Below, one piece after another: positions 50,124 through 61,960 of a DNA stretch of 64,000 nt. Below the pieces are notes generated by a model. The model ran no database searches and was not told the DNA's origin. It worked only from the letters and a program-made list of their open reading frames with translations. Source of the stretch: Rhynchopus sp. YZ270_cl-10 (lineage: Eukaryota); assembly GCA_964035575.1 (NCBI GenBank), contig OZ037834.1, forward strand, positions 1,612,001-1,676,000. Reading direction: 5' to 3'. The first letter of the stretch is position 1. Every line of letters starts with the position of its first letter. The translations under genes and the position numbers were made by a program.

Positions 50124-50626
50124 CACGGGTCGGGAAAGATCTTTTTTTTTTTTTTTTTTTTCGAGAAAAAAAATCCTCTTCTCCCGAAAAAAAAAAAAAA
50201 AAAAAGATTTTTGGGAGAAAAAAAAAAAGAGAAAAGATTTGAAAATCCTGGGAAAATCCTGAAAAAATCCTGAAAAATCCTGGAAAAATCCATGAAATTT
50301 CATGAAAAATCTCGAGATCTTGAGAAATCTTTGAAAAAAAAAAAAAAGATTTTCAAAATCTTTTTTTTTTTTTTTCCCAAAAAGATTTTTCAAAATCCCA
50401 AAAATCTTTTTTATCTTTTTTTTGAGAAAAAAAAGATTTTCAAGATCTTTTTCATCTTTTTTTCTCTTTTTTTCCTTTTTTTTTCAGGATTTTTCAAAGA
50501 TCTCAAAGATCTCGAGAGATCCTGAAAAAAAAAGACAAAAATCCTGAAAATCTTGATTTTTTTTTTTTTTCTCCCGAGATTCTCGAAAAAAGACAAAAAA
50601 AGACAAAAGATCTTTCCCGACCCGTG
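50124..50626. mobile_element. AT-rich MITE with CAC termini, upstream of PWP2
   Basis: TIR CACGGGTCGGGAAAGATCTTTT / AAAAGATCTTTCCCGACCCGTG; flanking direct repeat TTTTTA; interior built of AAAGAT/AAATC units. Confidence 0.8.
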
Positions 50627-51043
50627 TTTTTACCCTTTTAAAAAAATGGTGGAAATAGTGGAAAATCTTTGGTGTTATACACAAAAATGCAAAGTTTTCA
50701 AAAAAAAAAAACCGAGTATTTTTTTTGTGTAAATCATCACCCCTTCGAAGGTGAGGAGATTCCGCTGATTACAACAACGTTTCAAAAAAAAAAAAAAACA
50801 AAGCAAAAAAGAAAGGGTAAAGCAAAAGCAAAACAAAAAAACAAAAAAGAAGCCAAAAATAACACACGAAAAATGACTTCAAAAAAAAAAAAAATAGGAT
50901 CTTTTCCCACCACATATTATACAAAACCCTTTCCCCTCTCTCCACGACACACAATCACACCACAGGGACAAAAAAAGGCCCCAAAAAATACACAAAAAAC
51001 ACACTGCTTATGCAGTAAAAAAAGAACACAAAGACAATACACA

Positions 51044-51787
51044 ATGCGTACCGACTTTAAGTTTTTGAATCTTTGTGGCGGGGTGTACTCTCAGGGGAAT
51101 CTTATCTTTAAGAAAAATGGAAAGGAGTTGATGAGTCCTGTTGGCAACCGGGTGACGACGTATGACTTGCAAACCAGCCAAAACAAAGCCAGCGCGTTTG
51201 AATGTTTGAAGGACATTGCTTGCATGGATCTGTCTGACGATGAAGGGCTGATGTGTGTTGTGGACACTGATGGGCGTGGGATGTTTGTTAATGCGACCGC
51301 TGACTGCGCACTAGAGATTATCAACTTTAAACCGGGCACCACCATGGTCAAAATCAGCCGGAATGGGAAATACCTCGCTGTAGTCCAGGGGAGACAGGTA
51401 CAGATTTGGACAACACCCCCAAACCGTGTTCTGCAGTACCGTTCCGTGCATTTGCTGCGTAAGATTACGGTTGCCTCTGGTGACATCACCTCCCTTCAGT
51501 GGTCCCCTTGCTCACAATACCTTCTCCTCGGAAGTGAGGACTGTGCGGTCCGCGTGGTCTCCATGCGGAAGAACAAAGCCTCCACCCGAGGCACTGCGAT
51601 GAAACCCCACGTCACCCTCGCCTCCCACCGTTGCCCTATCGTAAACGCATTTTTCTCAAAATCCGGCTCTGCAGGTCACGTCATCTCAGCCGCGTCTGAT
51701 CGTGCAATCGCCATATGGAATGTTACAGACAGAGATAGGCTGACTGCTTCTAAAGATGAGATGGAAGATGATGAGGAAGAAGAAGAA

Positions 51788-51818
<31 letters not shown>

Positions 51819-54638
51819 AAGAAGAGGAGACAGCGCGCCCTGCTGTGGATGTGACGGAGAAGAATTGGCATTGCAAAAAGAAGTTCTTTTTGGAGCATGA
51901 CGCGCGTCTGCAGGTTTGCGAGTATGCGTTGGAGAAGGGGCTGCTCTTTGCGGGGTTCAAGAATGGGGTGTTTGGGATTTACACAGTGCAGCCGGAGGTA
52001 CGGTGCATACACACGCTCTCGATCACGGAGCAGAAGATTAGCTCGGTGGCGATCACGCCGAATGCGGATTGGGTGGCGTTTGGGTCGTCCAAGCTTGGAC
52101 AGCTTTTGGTGTGGGAGTGGAAGAGCGAGACATACGTGCTGAAGCAGCAGTCGCACTACCACTCTGTCTCCACCGTCGCCTTCTCCCCCGACGGCTCTGT
52201 CCTGGCCACATCCTCTGACGACGGAAAGGTGAAGATCTGGAACGGCGCAACCGGCTTCTGCTACGCAACCTTCCGCGACCACCAAGGCCCCGTCAGCAAG
52301 GTGAAGTTCAGCAACAACCACACCCTCTGGTCCGCCTCCTCCGACGGCACCATCCGCGGGTACGACCTCAAACGGTACCGTCAATTCAAGGTGCTCCAAC
52401 CACCTATCAACACACAGCTGTCTGCGCTTGCAGTCGACCACTCCGGTGAAATCATGGTGGCAGGCGGCATCACCGAGAACGAAGTCTACATGTGGAGCAT
52501 CCGCACCGGGCAGCTGCTAGAGGAGTTTGGAGGCCACGAGGCACCCATCAGCTGCATCGACTTCCACAACACAGGGGTCCTCTTTGCGTCAGGCTCCTGG
52601 GACAAAACGATCCGTCTCCGTGACGTCTACTCGACATCAACACAAAAGGACACCGTGACCCGCACCGTCAACAACGATGTCCTCCGCTTCAACTCCGAGG
52701 TCCTCATGTGTGCCTTCTCCCCCGACGGAACCCGTCTCTGCTCCATCACCCTCAACGGAGAAATGACCATCTTCAACTCAGAGGACACCACCGAAGTCTC
52801 TCCCCTCCGCTCCTTCAGCATACACCGTGACGTCAAAGGAGGGTGGCGGTCCAACGAAGGCACCAACCCCTTCCACTCCGCAAACTCGGCAAGGACGTTC
52901 AATGACATCAGCTGGGCGCCGGACAGCTCGCATGTCTTGTTGGGGGGGAACTCGAAGTGGATTTGCATCTACTCAGTGGCGCAGGGGTTTTTGATTAAGA
53001 AGTTTTCGGTGACAAACAACCGTTCCCTTGATGGGATGACTGATGTGTATGACCACCGTGCGGACACAGAGGCGGGCAATGTGCACAACCTGGACCTTGC
53101 GGACTCTGACTCCGAGGACGGTGTACGCAAGGTCATCAAGCTGCCTGGTGCGCAGCGTGGCGACGAAGGCAAGCGTGGCAAGACACGCCCCACTGCACGC
53201 GCCAACGCTGTTGTGTGGTCACCCACCGGCAAGGAGTGGGCTGCCGCCACCACCGACGGACTCCTCATGTTCTCCACTGAGGTTGACCAGAAACGCTTCA
53301 ACCCTGTGCAGCTCTCTCTGGGGCTCACACCTTTGGTATGTACAGGTCGCTGATTCGGCAAGGGCATGGACATCTGCACACACACTTCCACCCACAGGAC
53401 ACCTACGCAGAGCTGGACAAGGGAAACTACGTGCTTGCAGTGCTTAAGGCGCTGCGTCTCAACGACGCAGTCGTGACTGAGCGTGTCCTGCACGGCGTGC
53501 CGCTCCAGGAGATCTCCTTTGTGGCGGACAACGTCCCTTCGGTATGTGAGGTGGAATTCTAAAGGAGGATACGCCCTAGAGGCAGTGTGTTAGAATAGTG
53601 CCGATGTGAAGACAGAAGGTGAGAATATGGCTCACATCTTTGCGTTTCGCGTGCTTTGTGATGTTTTTCACCAGATGTATTTTATGTCTCAGTCATTCAA
53701 CACTACCCCACAGGACATGTTGAGCCAGCTTCTGGATGCCCTCTCCAAAGAGCTGCAGAACCACCGCCACGTCGAACGGTATCTGCGTTGGGCAGTGTCC
53801 ATCCTCTCCAGGCACGGGGCATACATGCAGAGGAAGGCAACAGGTATGGTGTCAGTGTTTCGATATACCCCCTTTGGCGCCCCTTATGAGCACGTATTTT
53901 GTTACAAATAAAATTGCATCGGCGTTCTGTCCCAACGTTGCCGCGGTTCCAACGTATCAATAAACATACACACCACAGCGGCACACACCGGAGCACCTGC
54001 AGACGGGAACCTCCAGGCGTCTTTGAAGCTGCTCCACCAACAGGTTGTCAAGTCTGCCTCCGAGCTGGTTAAGTATGGACCCCATCTTCTTCATAGACAC
54101 ATCCCCTAGAGAGGGAAAATATGTGCGTCTTCTTTTCGTTTAGATTTGTGTGCACGATGTACATTCTGCGCGATTTTCAAGATTTCAAAAACAAAATTAT
54201 CCATGAAACAAGAGCGTGAGGTGACAGCCACGGAATTTTTTTGTTTGCTGTTTATTTTCTCCATATTGTCAAACCCACTCTCACTCATCATTTAGGTTGG
54301 CCGAGAACAGCACGCATACTTTGTCGTTTTTGAAGGCAACTGCTACATTGGATTGGCACAAGAAGAAGTACGAGGACACAGCACAGGTCGAGGAGGACGA
54401 GGAATTTGTCCGCCAGCTCGGACATGCCGCCAAGCGTGCCGAGGGGGACGAGGGGGACGAGGAAGCCGAAGGCGACGTTGACGCCCTCAACGAGCCCACA
54501 CCCTCACCAGCCAAGAGCCCAAAGCAAGCTGCCACAAAACGCAGCTCCCCAGCGACAGAAGAACAGCCCTCCCCGAAGCGCACCAAGCTCGACCCCTCTG
54601 CGAAAAAGAAGAAGAAAGTGAAAAAGGTCAAGGCATAG
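51044..54638 (+). CDS. PWP2: Periodic tryptophan protein 2 (UTP1), SSU processome WD40 protein, 5 exons
   Basis: MRTDFKFLNLCGGVYSQGNL, SPVGNRV, LGQLLVWEWKSETYVLKQQSH and YDLKRYRQF motifs. Exons 51044-53335, 53398-53541, 53714-53843, 53979-54072 and 54296-54638 have consistent phases. Confidence 0.93.
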
Positions 54639-55541
54639 GTAAAGAACTTTAGTCACAGGGCATGGGGTGGGTGGGTGGGATCGAACACAGTCAAAAATGG
54701 GAAGGGAAAACCGCAACCGTGGTAAAAGAAAGCAATGTTTTATCAGGAGAGATTCCGTCAAAACGCCCGTTATTTTAAAAGAAACAGAAAAAAAGAATGG
54801 TCAACAGACGTGCGATTGTGATCAGCGACGTTGTGTATGTGGGTCAAAAAGGGGGGATTTTTTGTTTTGCTTTTATTTTATTTTATTTTTTGCAATTCTG
54901 GTTTGTTGTTGACGAATCGAGCATATAAAAAAAATGCCGCAAATCGGTAGGTTTGCCTTCCAAAAAATAAATAAATATCACAAAGTTTCGAAAAACTGTC
55001 AAAAACTAGTATTCTCTCCTGTTACTTTACCCACAACATTTCCTTTCTTTCTGTACCTGCTGTTCATCTGTGTTTGGTGTATGAAGTTCAAACATCTGGA
55101 CGTCTCACTCCATCATCTGAGGTGACCCTGGGGAGCACCTCTTTCAGTCCACCTCTTCTTCCTCTTTCTCCGTTCACTTCAAAGCTTTCATCAGAAAATT
55201 CCATCGTCACGATCGAACCAGTGTTCCACACTATGCTTGTAGGTTGATTGTGTGATACCCGGATTACACCACTCTAGCAAAATTAGGACATGCAAATGAG
55301 CATGCCCATTGCAAATACGCGGGTCAGTCGGAGGTGCCAGCAATCACAATGCTCTTTCAATGTTTTTTGTAAAATTGACAACATATTAACACCACCTGAA
55401 CTCCACACGACCATCTTCCCATTCTACTCAGAACTCTACACAAACAACACAACCACATACACAAACCCCCCCGCAACGAAGAACAAAGCCCCCCTTTTTT
55501 GTGCCCCCCTTTTTTTTTGCCTTCTGTAGTTAGCGGGCACG

Positions 55542-57010
55542 ATGGGTGACAATGCGTATGCCTTCTCGTTGACGACATTTAACCCTGCGGGGAAGCTGCT
55601 CCAGCTGGACTATGCGATCAACGCTGTGAACCAGGGGCTGACTGCGGTGGGGCTCAACGTGAAGAACGGAATCTGCCTGGCAACGGAGAAGCAGGTGAAG
55701 CCGTTGCAAGATGCAGGGAGTGTGCAGAAGATCCAACAGCTGGACGAGCATGTTGGTGTGGTGTATGCGGGTATGGTTGCTGACGCGAGACTGCTGTACG
55801 CGCGTGCACGCAAGATTTGCCAAAACTACCGTGTGACCTACGAGATGCCCATCCCTGTTGAGCAACTCGCCAGAAAAATAGCCGAAATCATGCAGGAGTT
55901 CACACAGTCGAACGGTGTGCGTCCCTTCGGCTGCTCGCTTCTCCTTGCAGGGTCGGACCACCTCGGTACGCACCTCTTCCAAATCGACCCCTCAGGTCTC
56001 TTCATCGCATGGAAGGCAGCAGCAATCGGCAAGTCCAAGCAAAACGTCACAACAAACCTCGAGAGGAGATACACAGACGAGATGGAGGTTGAAGACGCAA
56101 CACACACTGCAATCAAGACCCTATCTGAAGCGTATGATTTTTTTTGTTCATTTTTTATAGGCAAATTTCATTTTTATATTGTTGAGCGAATCTGATAACA
56201 GCTTTCGTGATCCTATGAGTTCAAAGCAAATAATTTTATCCCTTTTGGCGGATTTTTCACCACATTACTGGGGTTGGGGCGTGTAGGAATTGGTTTGCCC
56301 CAATCACCCAAAGGCTAATATCAAATAACCTCCTTTGTATCACCTTTCTGCACACACAGCTTCGACGGAAAGATGGAAACAAACAACATCGAAATTGCGA
56401 AGGTCGAGAACGGGAAGTTCAACATCCTTGGAAGCGCGAACATTGAGGAATACCTCGAGGAAGTATGGGTTCTTTTTATTGTTCTTTTCTTTTGTAAATA
56501 TTTTCTTCTACTTTCACCCGGATGGCTGGCATTGTACAGTGGGTCAGTCGGAGGGCCTGAATCAACAACTATTCCTTTTCTTTTGGTAATGTTTAATTTG
56601 ACAACCCTCCCCAGTGAAATGACTGCGTGCCTGCTTACAGTTTCCCTGTCAGCAACTCCCACACAACACTCCAGGGTTCAATATAACCCGCAGAGTGTCA
56701 GTGCCTGCGTCCTAGAGGGGTTTGTGCACTATCAGCTTCACTTTATGATGTTGAGGCGGTTGTGAACCGCCTCCGTTCTCTTACGTGTACAGAACACTCA
56801 CGTCCCCCCACCATTTGCACAACCGAGCTGCGTTTTTTTTTTAAATACGTTTCCACTACAGTGGGTCGCTATATTACGGGCGCGTTTTATTATGGGTAAC
56901 TTAATTATGGGTACATATTGGATCTACCCATATTAAGGCGCACCCCTAATATTACCCACTGTACTCTTTGCTTTTCAACCCTCAACCAACCCACCCCACA
57001 GGTACTGTAG
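55542..57010 (+). CDS. PSMA2: 20S proteasome subunit alpha-2
   Basis: YAFSLTTFNPAGKL, MQEFTQSNGVRPFGCSLL and QIDPSG..AWKA motifs. Exons 55542-56131 and 56360-56462, plus a probable micro terminal exon 57002-57010 (VL*). Confidence 0.9.
56859..56961. mobile_element. Small Tc1-like MITE in the last PSMA2 intron
   Basis: TA|CAGTGGGT..ATATTACGGGCGCG ... CGCACCCCTAATATTACCCACTG|TA. Confidence 0.7.
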
Positions 57011-58388
57011 ATACACTAGCATTTGGAGGGGGGGGATGCAGCGCAAAGATGCATGGGTGGAGGGGTGGAGGGGTAGGTAGTGCTGCGTTGGCTGTGGTGT
57101 GGTGTCTTCAGTGTGTGCTCCTTTCTGCTACCGTCCCTCTCCACGTTTCTTTTAAGGGTTGGAGTATGCGGGGGGGAAAAAGGCTTACGTTTATCCATCT
57201 CTAACTGCAATTGGAAGAAAAAAAAACAAACAAAGAAACGATTGGGGAGGTGGGGGAAAAGAGAAGCATTTTTGTCACCATCTTTTTTTTTTTTTTTTCA
57301 ATAATAATTTTTGATATTGAAAAAAAATACCGCTTTTTAAAAAAAAATAAAATTCCCGTAACTAACCAAGGGGTGGATTGGGCTAGTATTATTGTATATT
57401 TCTCATATTTTTTAAAAAAAATGCAACCTCACTGCGTAGACCAACAAAGAGGTGTAAAGTGATTGTCGATACAACAAAAAAAAATGACAAAAAAATATAT
57501 GAGAAAAACAAAAGCAAAAAAAAACGAAACAAATTGTAACCGCACTGCATACCGTTTTCGTGATTTTTTTTTATTGTTGCATTTTTTTTAAAATACAAAC
57601 ACCCCGACACCCCCTTTTAAAAAAAAGCCCTTTTCTAACCAAAAAAACAACAAAATAATATAAAAGGGGGGTAACACAGCATCGAAAAAAAGCAACACGC
57701 ACACACACCTCCACCTCTTCTTTTTTAAAGACGTATTATACCACGTTAGATGACTATGTGGTGATTAATCTAAGTTTTCTTTCTCTCTCTTTTTTTTCTT
57801 TTTTTTGAAGACAACTTTGACTGCAGATGGTACAAAAAAATAAACCCTTTTTTCGACCTACCCTTCCTCTTGCAGCTTTTTAAAGAAAAGGGGTTTTGGG
57901 GAGGGGGGGGAACCTGTTGCAATAGCAACGACTCTGAGCAGAAGATTTAGCAAAAACTAAGAAGAAAAAAAAAAATGAGGCGAAGACATTAAAAACAAGG
58001 CAGCAAATAATAATAAAAAATTGGTTGGGCCTACACTAACTGCAACTAAGTTTTCAAATTTAAAAAGCAAAGGAAAAATGTTTTTATTTAAAAGATACAA
58101 TCGGGTTGCATTACAAAAAAAATAAAATTAAATGCGTTTTTTTAAAAAGCTTTTTTAAAAAAAAATGCAAAGCACGGGAGGGGTTTCCAAACAAACAAAA
58201 AAAATTAAGGTTCTTAACACACGAAACAATAGCACATTTCCTCCCCTCATATTTCCCCCCCTTTTTATAACATCATTCTTCGCTATCCTGATACCGTGGC
58301 AAGACCACTTTCGTATTACCTCTCCTCCCTCTGCTCGAACTTCCGCAGAGTGTCGTCCAGGTCATGTGGTCATCGTCACGTCATATTT

Positions 58389-58589
58389 GCAGGGCAGGAA
58401 ACTGGAATGAACACTTTGTCTTCTGAGGGTGGGGTTGGGGTCTGCCCTTCTCTGCGGAATGTGATGCGGGTCATGTGGTCACCCCCACGTCTATCTGCAG
58501 GGCGGGAAACTGGGTGAACACATTGTCTTCTGAGGGTGGGGTGGGGTCTACCCTTCTCTGCGGAATGTGATGCGGGTCATGTGGTCACC
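58389..58589 (+). repeat. Tandem direct repeat, ~108 bp unit, two copies plus degenerate flanks
   Basis: GCAGGGC.GGAAACTGG..TGAACAC.TTGTCTTCTGAGGGTGGGG...GCGGAATGTGATGCGGGTCATGTGGTCACC at 58389 and 58497. Confidence 0.8.
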
Positions 58590-60607
58590 TTCTTCCATAA
58601 GGCGTCCCGTCTCTCTACAGGAACTGATTGAGCACTTTTGTCATCCGAGGGTAGGGTTGAGACCACAGGGGGGTATTGTAGAAAAGCTAACTCTAGTCTT
58701 TGTACGCACCCCATTGGGGGGGGGGGGAGACGTTGGGGAGGAGGATGGGGTTCATGCAGGTACGGGGTTACCCTTTCCCTCTGCGGTGTCTTGCAGTGCG
58801 AAGACCTGAAGGAGCTTTGTTAAGAGATGATGGACTTCACGTGTTGGGGGGTGGGGGTGGGGTGGGGTGGGTTCGTCCATATGTGGAGAGAGAGGGGGGG
58901 AGAGAAGGTGTGTTTGAGTAGCCTCGCTGTGCTGTGTCCGCCCTGATGTCGGTCTTTGAGTCATTTTGCACTTTCAGCCTATTCAGTGATGTGGTTTCTT
59001 CTTGGGTTCAATATTACCAACTTTTCTGTGTGTTTTAAAGTTGTGTTCAGCATTGTACCGCAGGCCCTTTGGAGATTGAGAGACAAAAAAAACCGAAGAA
59101 CGACATTGCATCTGCAAAGAGAAGAGGGAGGTGTGTGTGCGTGCGTTGTGTCCCCACAACACACAAACCCCTTCCCTTCCCTTTGCAGTTCTCCGGCATA
59201 GTTTTTTTTTTTTTTGGTTTGTCCCTCTTTCTTGATGGTTGTGCAGGAGAGGTGACAGCACGTAGACACATTGAGTCTCCTTTGGTCTGCAATCCCTAGG
59301 TTGCACGGTGTGCATCCGTTGTTAGGGCATGAGTTTTGAGGTGTGTGGGGGGATGTTGCTATTGTATTACGTAGTGTGCGTTGTATGGGTGCTCTGATAT
59401 AGAAAACCGTTGAAGGAAAAGGAGAACCACAATGCCTTCTGTGAAAACTGTCACTTGCGCAAAATGGTGTAAACCGGTGGGCTTGATTAGTGGGTTCGCG
59501 TGAGGGAGAGAGAGGGGGAAAGAGGTGAAGCATGTTTTAGGGATTGGCAGGGCACCACCTGGTACGGCAAATGGGTGGAGTGGGGGTGGGGAGGTTTTCT
59601 GAGAGGGGGGGAATGCTCACTCAGCTGTCAGGGGAGAGGGAGAGAGGTGCTGTACGATGGGGTTGTTTGCAAACGAGCTATTCGGATGAGAGAACAGAGG
59701 ATATTCGAAGCAAAGTGCGTATGAGGAATGGGATGGCTATTATGGGAGACATCGGGTCAATATCGTTTGGTTATAGCATTTTTAATCTGCTCTGTGGGTC
59801 GATGCGGAGAGGGGAGGGGAAAGGGAAAAAAGTGACAACGTTTCTTCTGTTGTTGGCCGCAGGGTACTTCTGATTTCATCCAGCTGGCATTGTGGGTCAG
59901 CGGGAGGTGCCTGTATTAATTTCCTTTGTGGTCAGAAGGGATGTTATGCCGTTCTGTGCTTTCTCTGAGAGGTGAGTGGACAGCATGCTGCACCAGAAAA
60001 CTGTGTTCTCGAAGGAGTAGGATGTGTGCGTGCCCATTGAGGCCCATTCATCTGTCACGTTTTCGTCTTTTGTGCTTTGTGTGGTCGAAGGGGCTGAGAG
60101 TTGAATGCATCTATGCACCGTGGTCTGCATGATTTTGCCTCCGGTAGGGACGGTACACTGTAGCGCGTTCGTTGGCGGCATTTCGGGCAGTGGTGGAGAG
60201 ACGGGGGGGCTTTCAGTGGGGGTCATCAGTCCAGCGGTGACGAGGTGGGGTGGGGGCAGGGGGGTACAAGAATGGTAGTGGGATTGGGAGGGAGGGGTCG
60301 ATATTGACAGGTCGTGACAGGTCGCTGATAGGTCGTTGACCGACTTCCGAAAGCAGGGACGGTTAATTTTTCCTGGGGTAAACGATGAGCAGTTTTGCGA
60401 AGATTGAGCTCAAATCCTGAGGGGAACGGAGGGATTTCCCCCCCACAATACTTACTAGAAGATTTCCACCCTCTCCTGGGGGTGGGCATTTAATTGCATT
60501 GAACTCGACTGAGATGCATTTCAACTACAAAAAATGGTGTTTTCTCCCACAGAACATCTCTCCTCCAGGGGGTACACACAAAACATTCTTAGGGGGAAAA
60601 AGAGGAA

Positions 60608-61737
60608 ATGTCGAAACTAGATTTGGATAGGTTGACTGCAGCACATTATTCTCTTCTTGCGCAGATTACCTCGAAGAACGTTGAGGGCGCACAGGGGTGC
60701 CGGGCGGCGGTATTGGAGGAGGCTGAGGGGTTGGAGGTTGAGGGGCAGATGGTGGAGCTGGAAAGCCGTGCACTCGCAGAGGATGCAGCTCGACTGAGAG
60801 AACGATCCGATGGGGTGCGGACGCAGGCAAGCGAAAACGAAACTGCCTGCAAGAAGCTGCGTGAGGATCTAGAGCACTTCGAGGTGCGTCACGAATTCTG
60901 CTCGAAGTACGACGCACTCCTGGAGGATCTAGCCAAAGGAAAATCCCTGCAGGAGCTGGAAGAGGAGCTCAAACAGGAGCTTGCCCACCAATCTAAGAAG
61001 GCCTCAAACGCATGCGACACGTCAGAGCTGGACGCGCTCAAGGTGCATCTGTCGCAGCTCTATGACATTGCCTGCATCGCATCGCAACGGTGCAAGCACA
61101 TCCTCTCCAGCTTCGAAGGGGAAGACGCGGAGAAGGCCAACGAAAAGGTATGGCATCAATTAGAACGGGGTTCTCGAGAGAGAGAGAGGGAGTAGGAAAT
61201 GATGTGTGATATGCATTTTCATGAGAATTTGCAAAAAAAAGTACCATCGGAATACACAATCATGGGGTCGGGAGGGAGGGAGGGATGTGGTGTTGGTACT
61301 GACAAAGCAGGTTATTATGTTGGAGAGCAGGAGGGGAAGAGAAGAGGGTGAGCGTTTTGAATGTGTTGGAGTCTTGAGGAGGGCGGGGATGAGGGATGGG
61401 TGCATTCATCCTTCAAGTGTTCTTTTGGTGGCACTTTTTTGTTTTTGGCATTGGGGCTGCCACATTTCCCCCCCCTTTTCTTTTTTCAAAACGCGAGAGC
61501 CTGAAGCGTTTGTTGACCCGGAGTTATGGTCCTTGAGGTTGCACTGATCCGTTCGTTACCTGGCGAAGATGTGGGGGGGAGGGTAACAGAAGTCCCCGAA
61601 AACGAGTTAGGAGGGAGTGGCGACTGCCAACCTCATTAAATTAGATTATTTGAATAATTGAACACTTGCCAACCCTCCCCCATTCACAGGTCAAGAAGCG
61701 GAAGCGCGACCACGCCCTCCCTGCCTCCACTAACTGA
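60608..61737 (+). CDS. Coiled-coil protein, THO complex subunit 7-like, 2 exons
   Basis: Exons 60608-61147 and 61690-61737 (phase 0; ends in NLS-like VKKRKR). The pattern KLREDL..FEVR.EF.SKYDAL...L....S.QEL resembles Thoc7; the family call is tentative. Confidence 0.6.
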
Positions 61738-61960
61738 AGACAGCCAAGGGACAGTGGTGTGTGTTCGTTCCGAGCCAAACGGGTTGGGTCATTCGGGCAA
61801 ACAGGGTGGGCAGGGCGGGTGGGGAAAAGGAGTTCCATCCTTTTATAAGCTATATCGCAGCAGTTGTACTTTACCGCATGCACCTTCCCGACTTTGTTCA
61901 TTTTGCATCACCTCACACAGGTTGACACTTAAGAGAAAAAACTAGAGACAAAAACAGACA

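Noticed and set aside
50669..51043. Lys-rich N-terminal extension of the PWP2 ORF (also upstream extensions at 11968, 18661 and 34072)
   Set aside because: A-rich or low-complexity non-coding sequence; conserved or plausible starts are 51044, 12151, 18760 and 34210.
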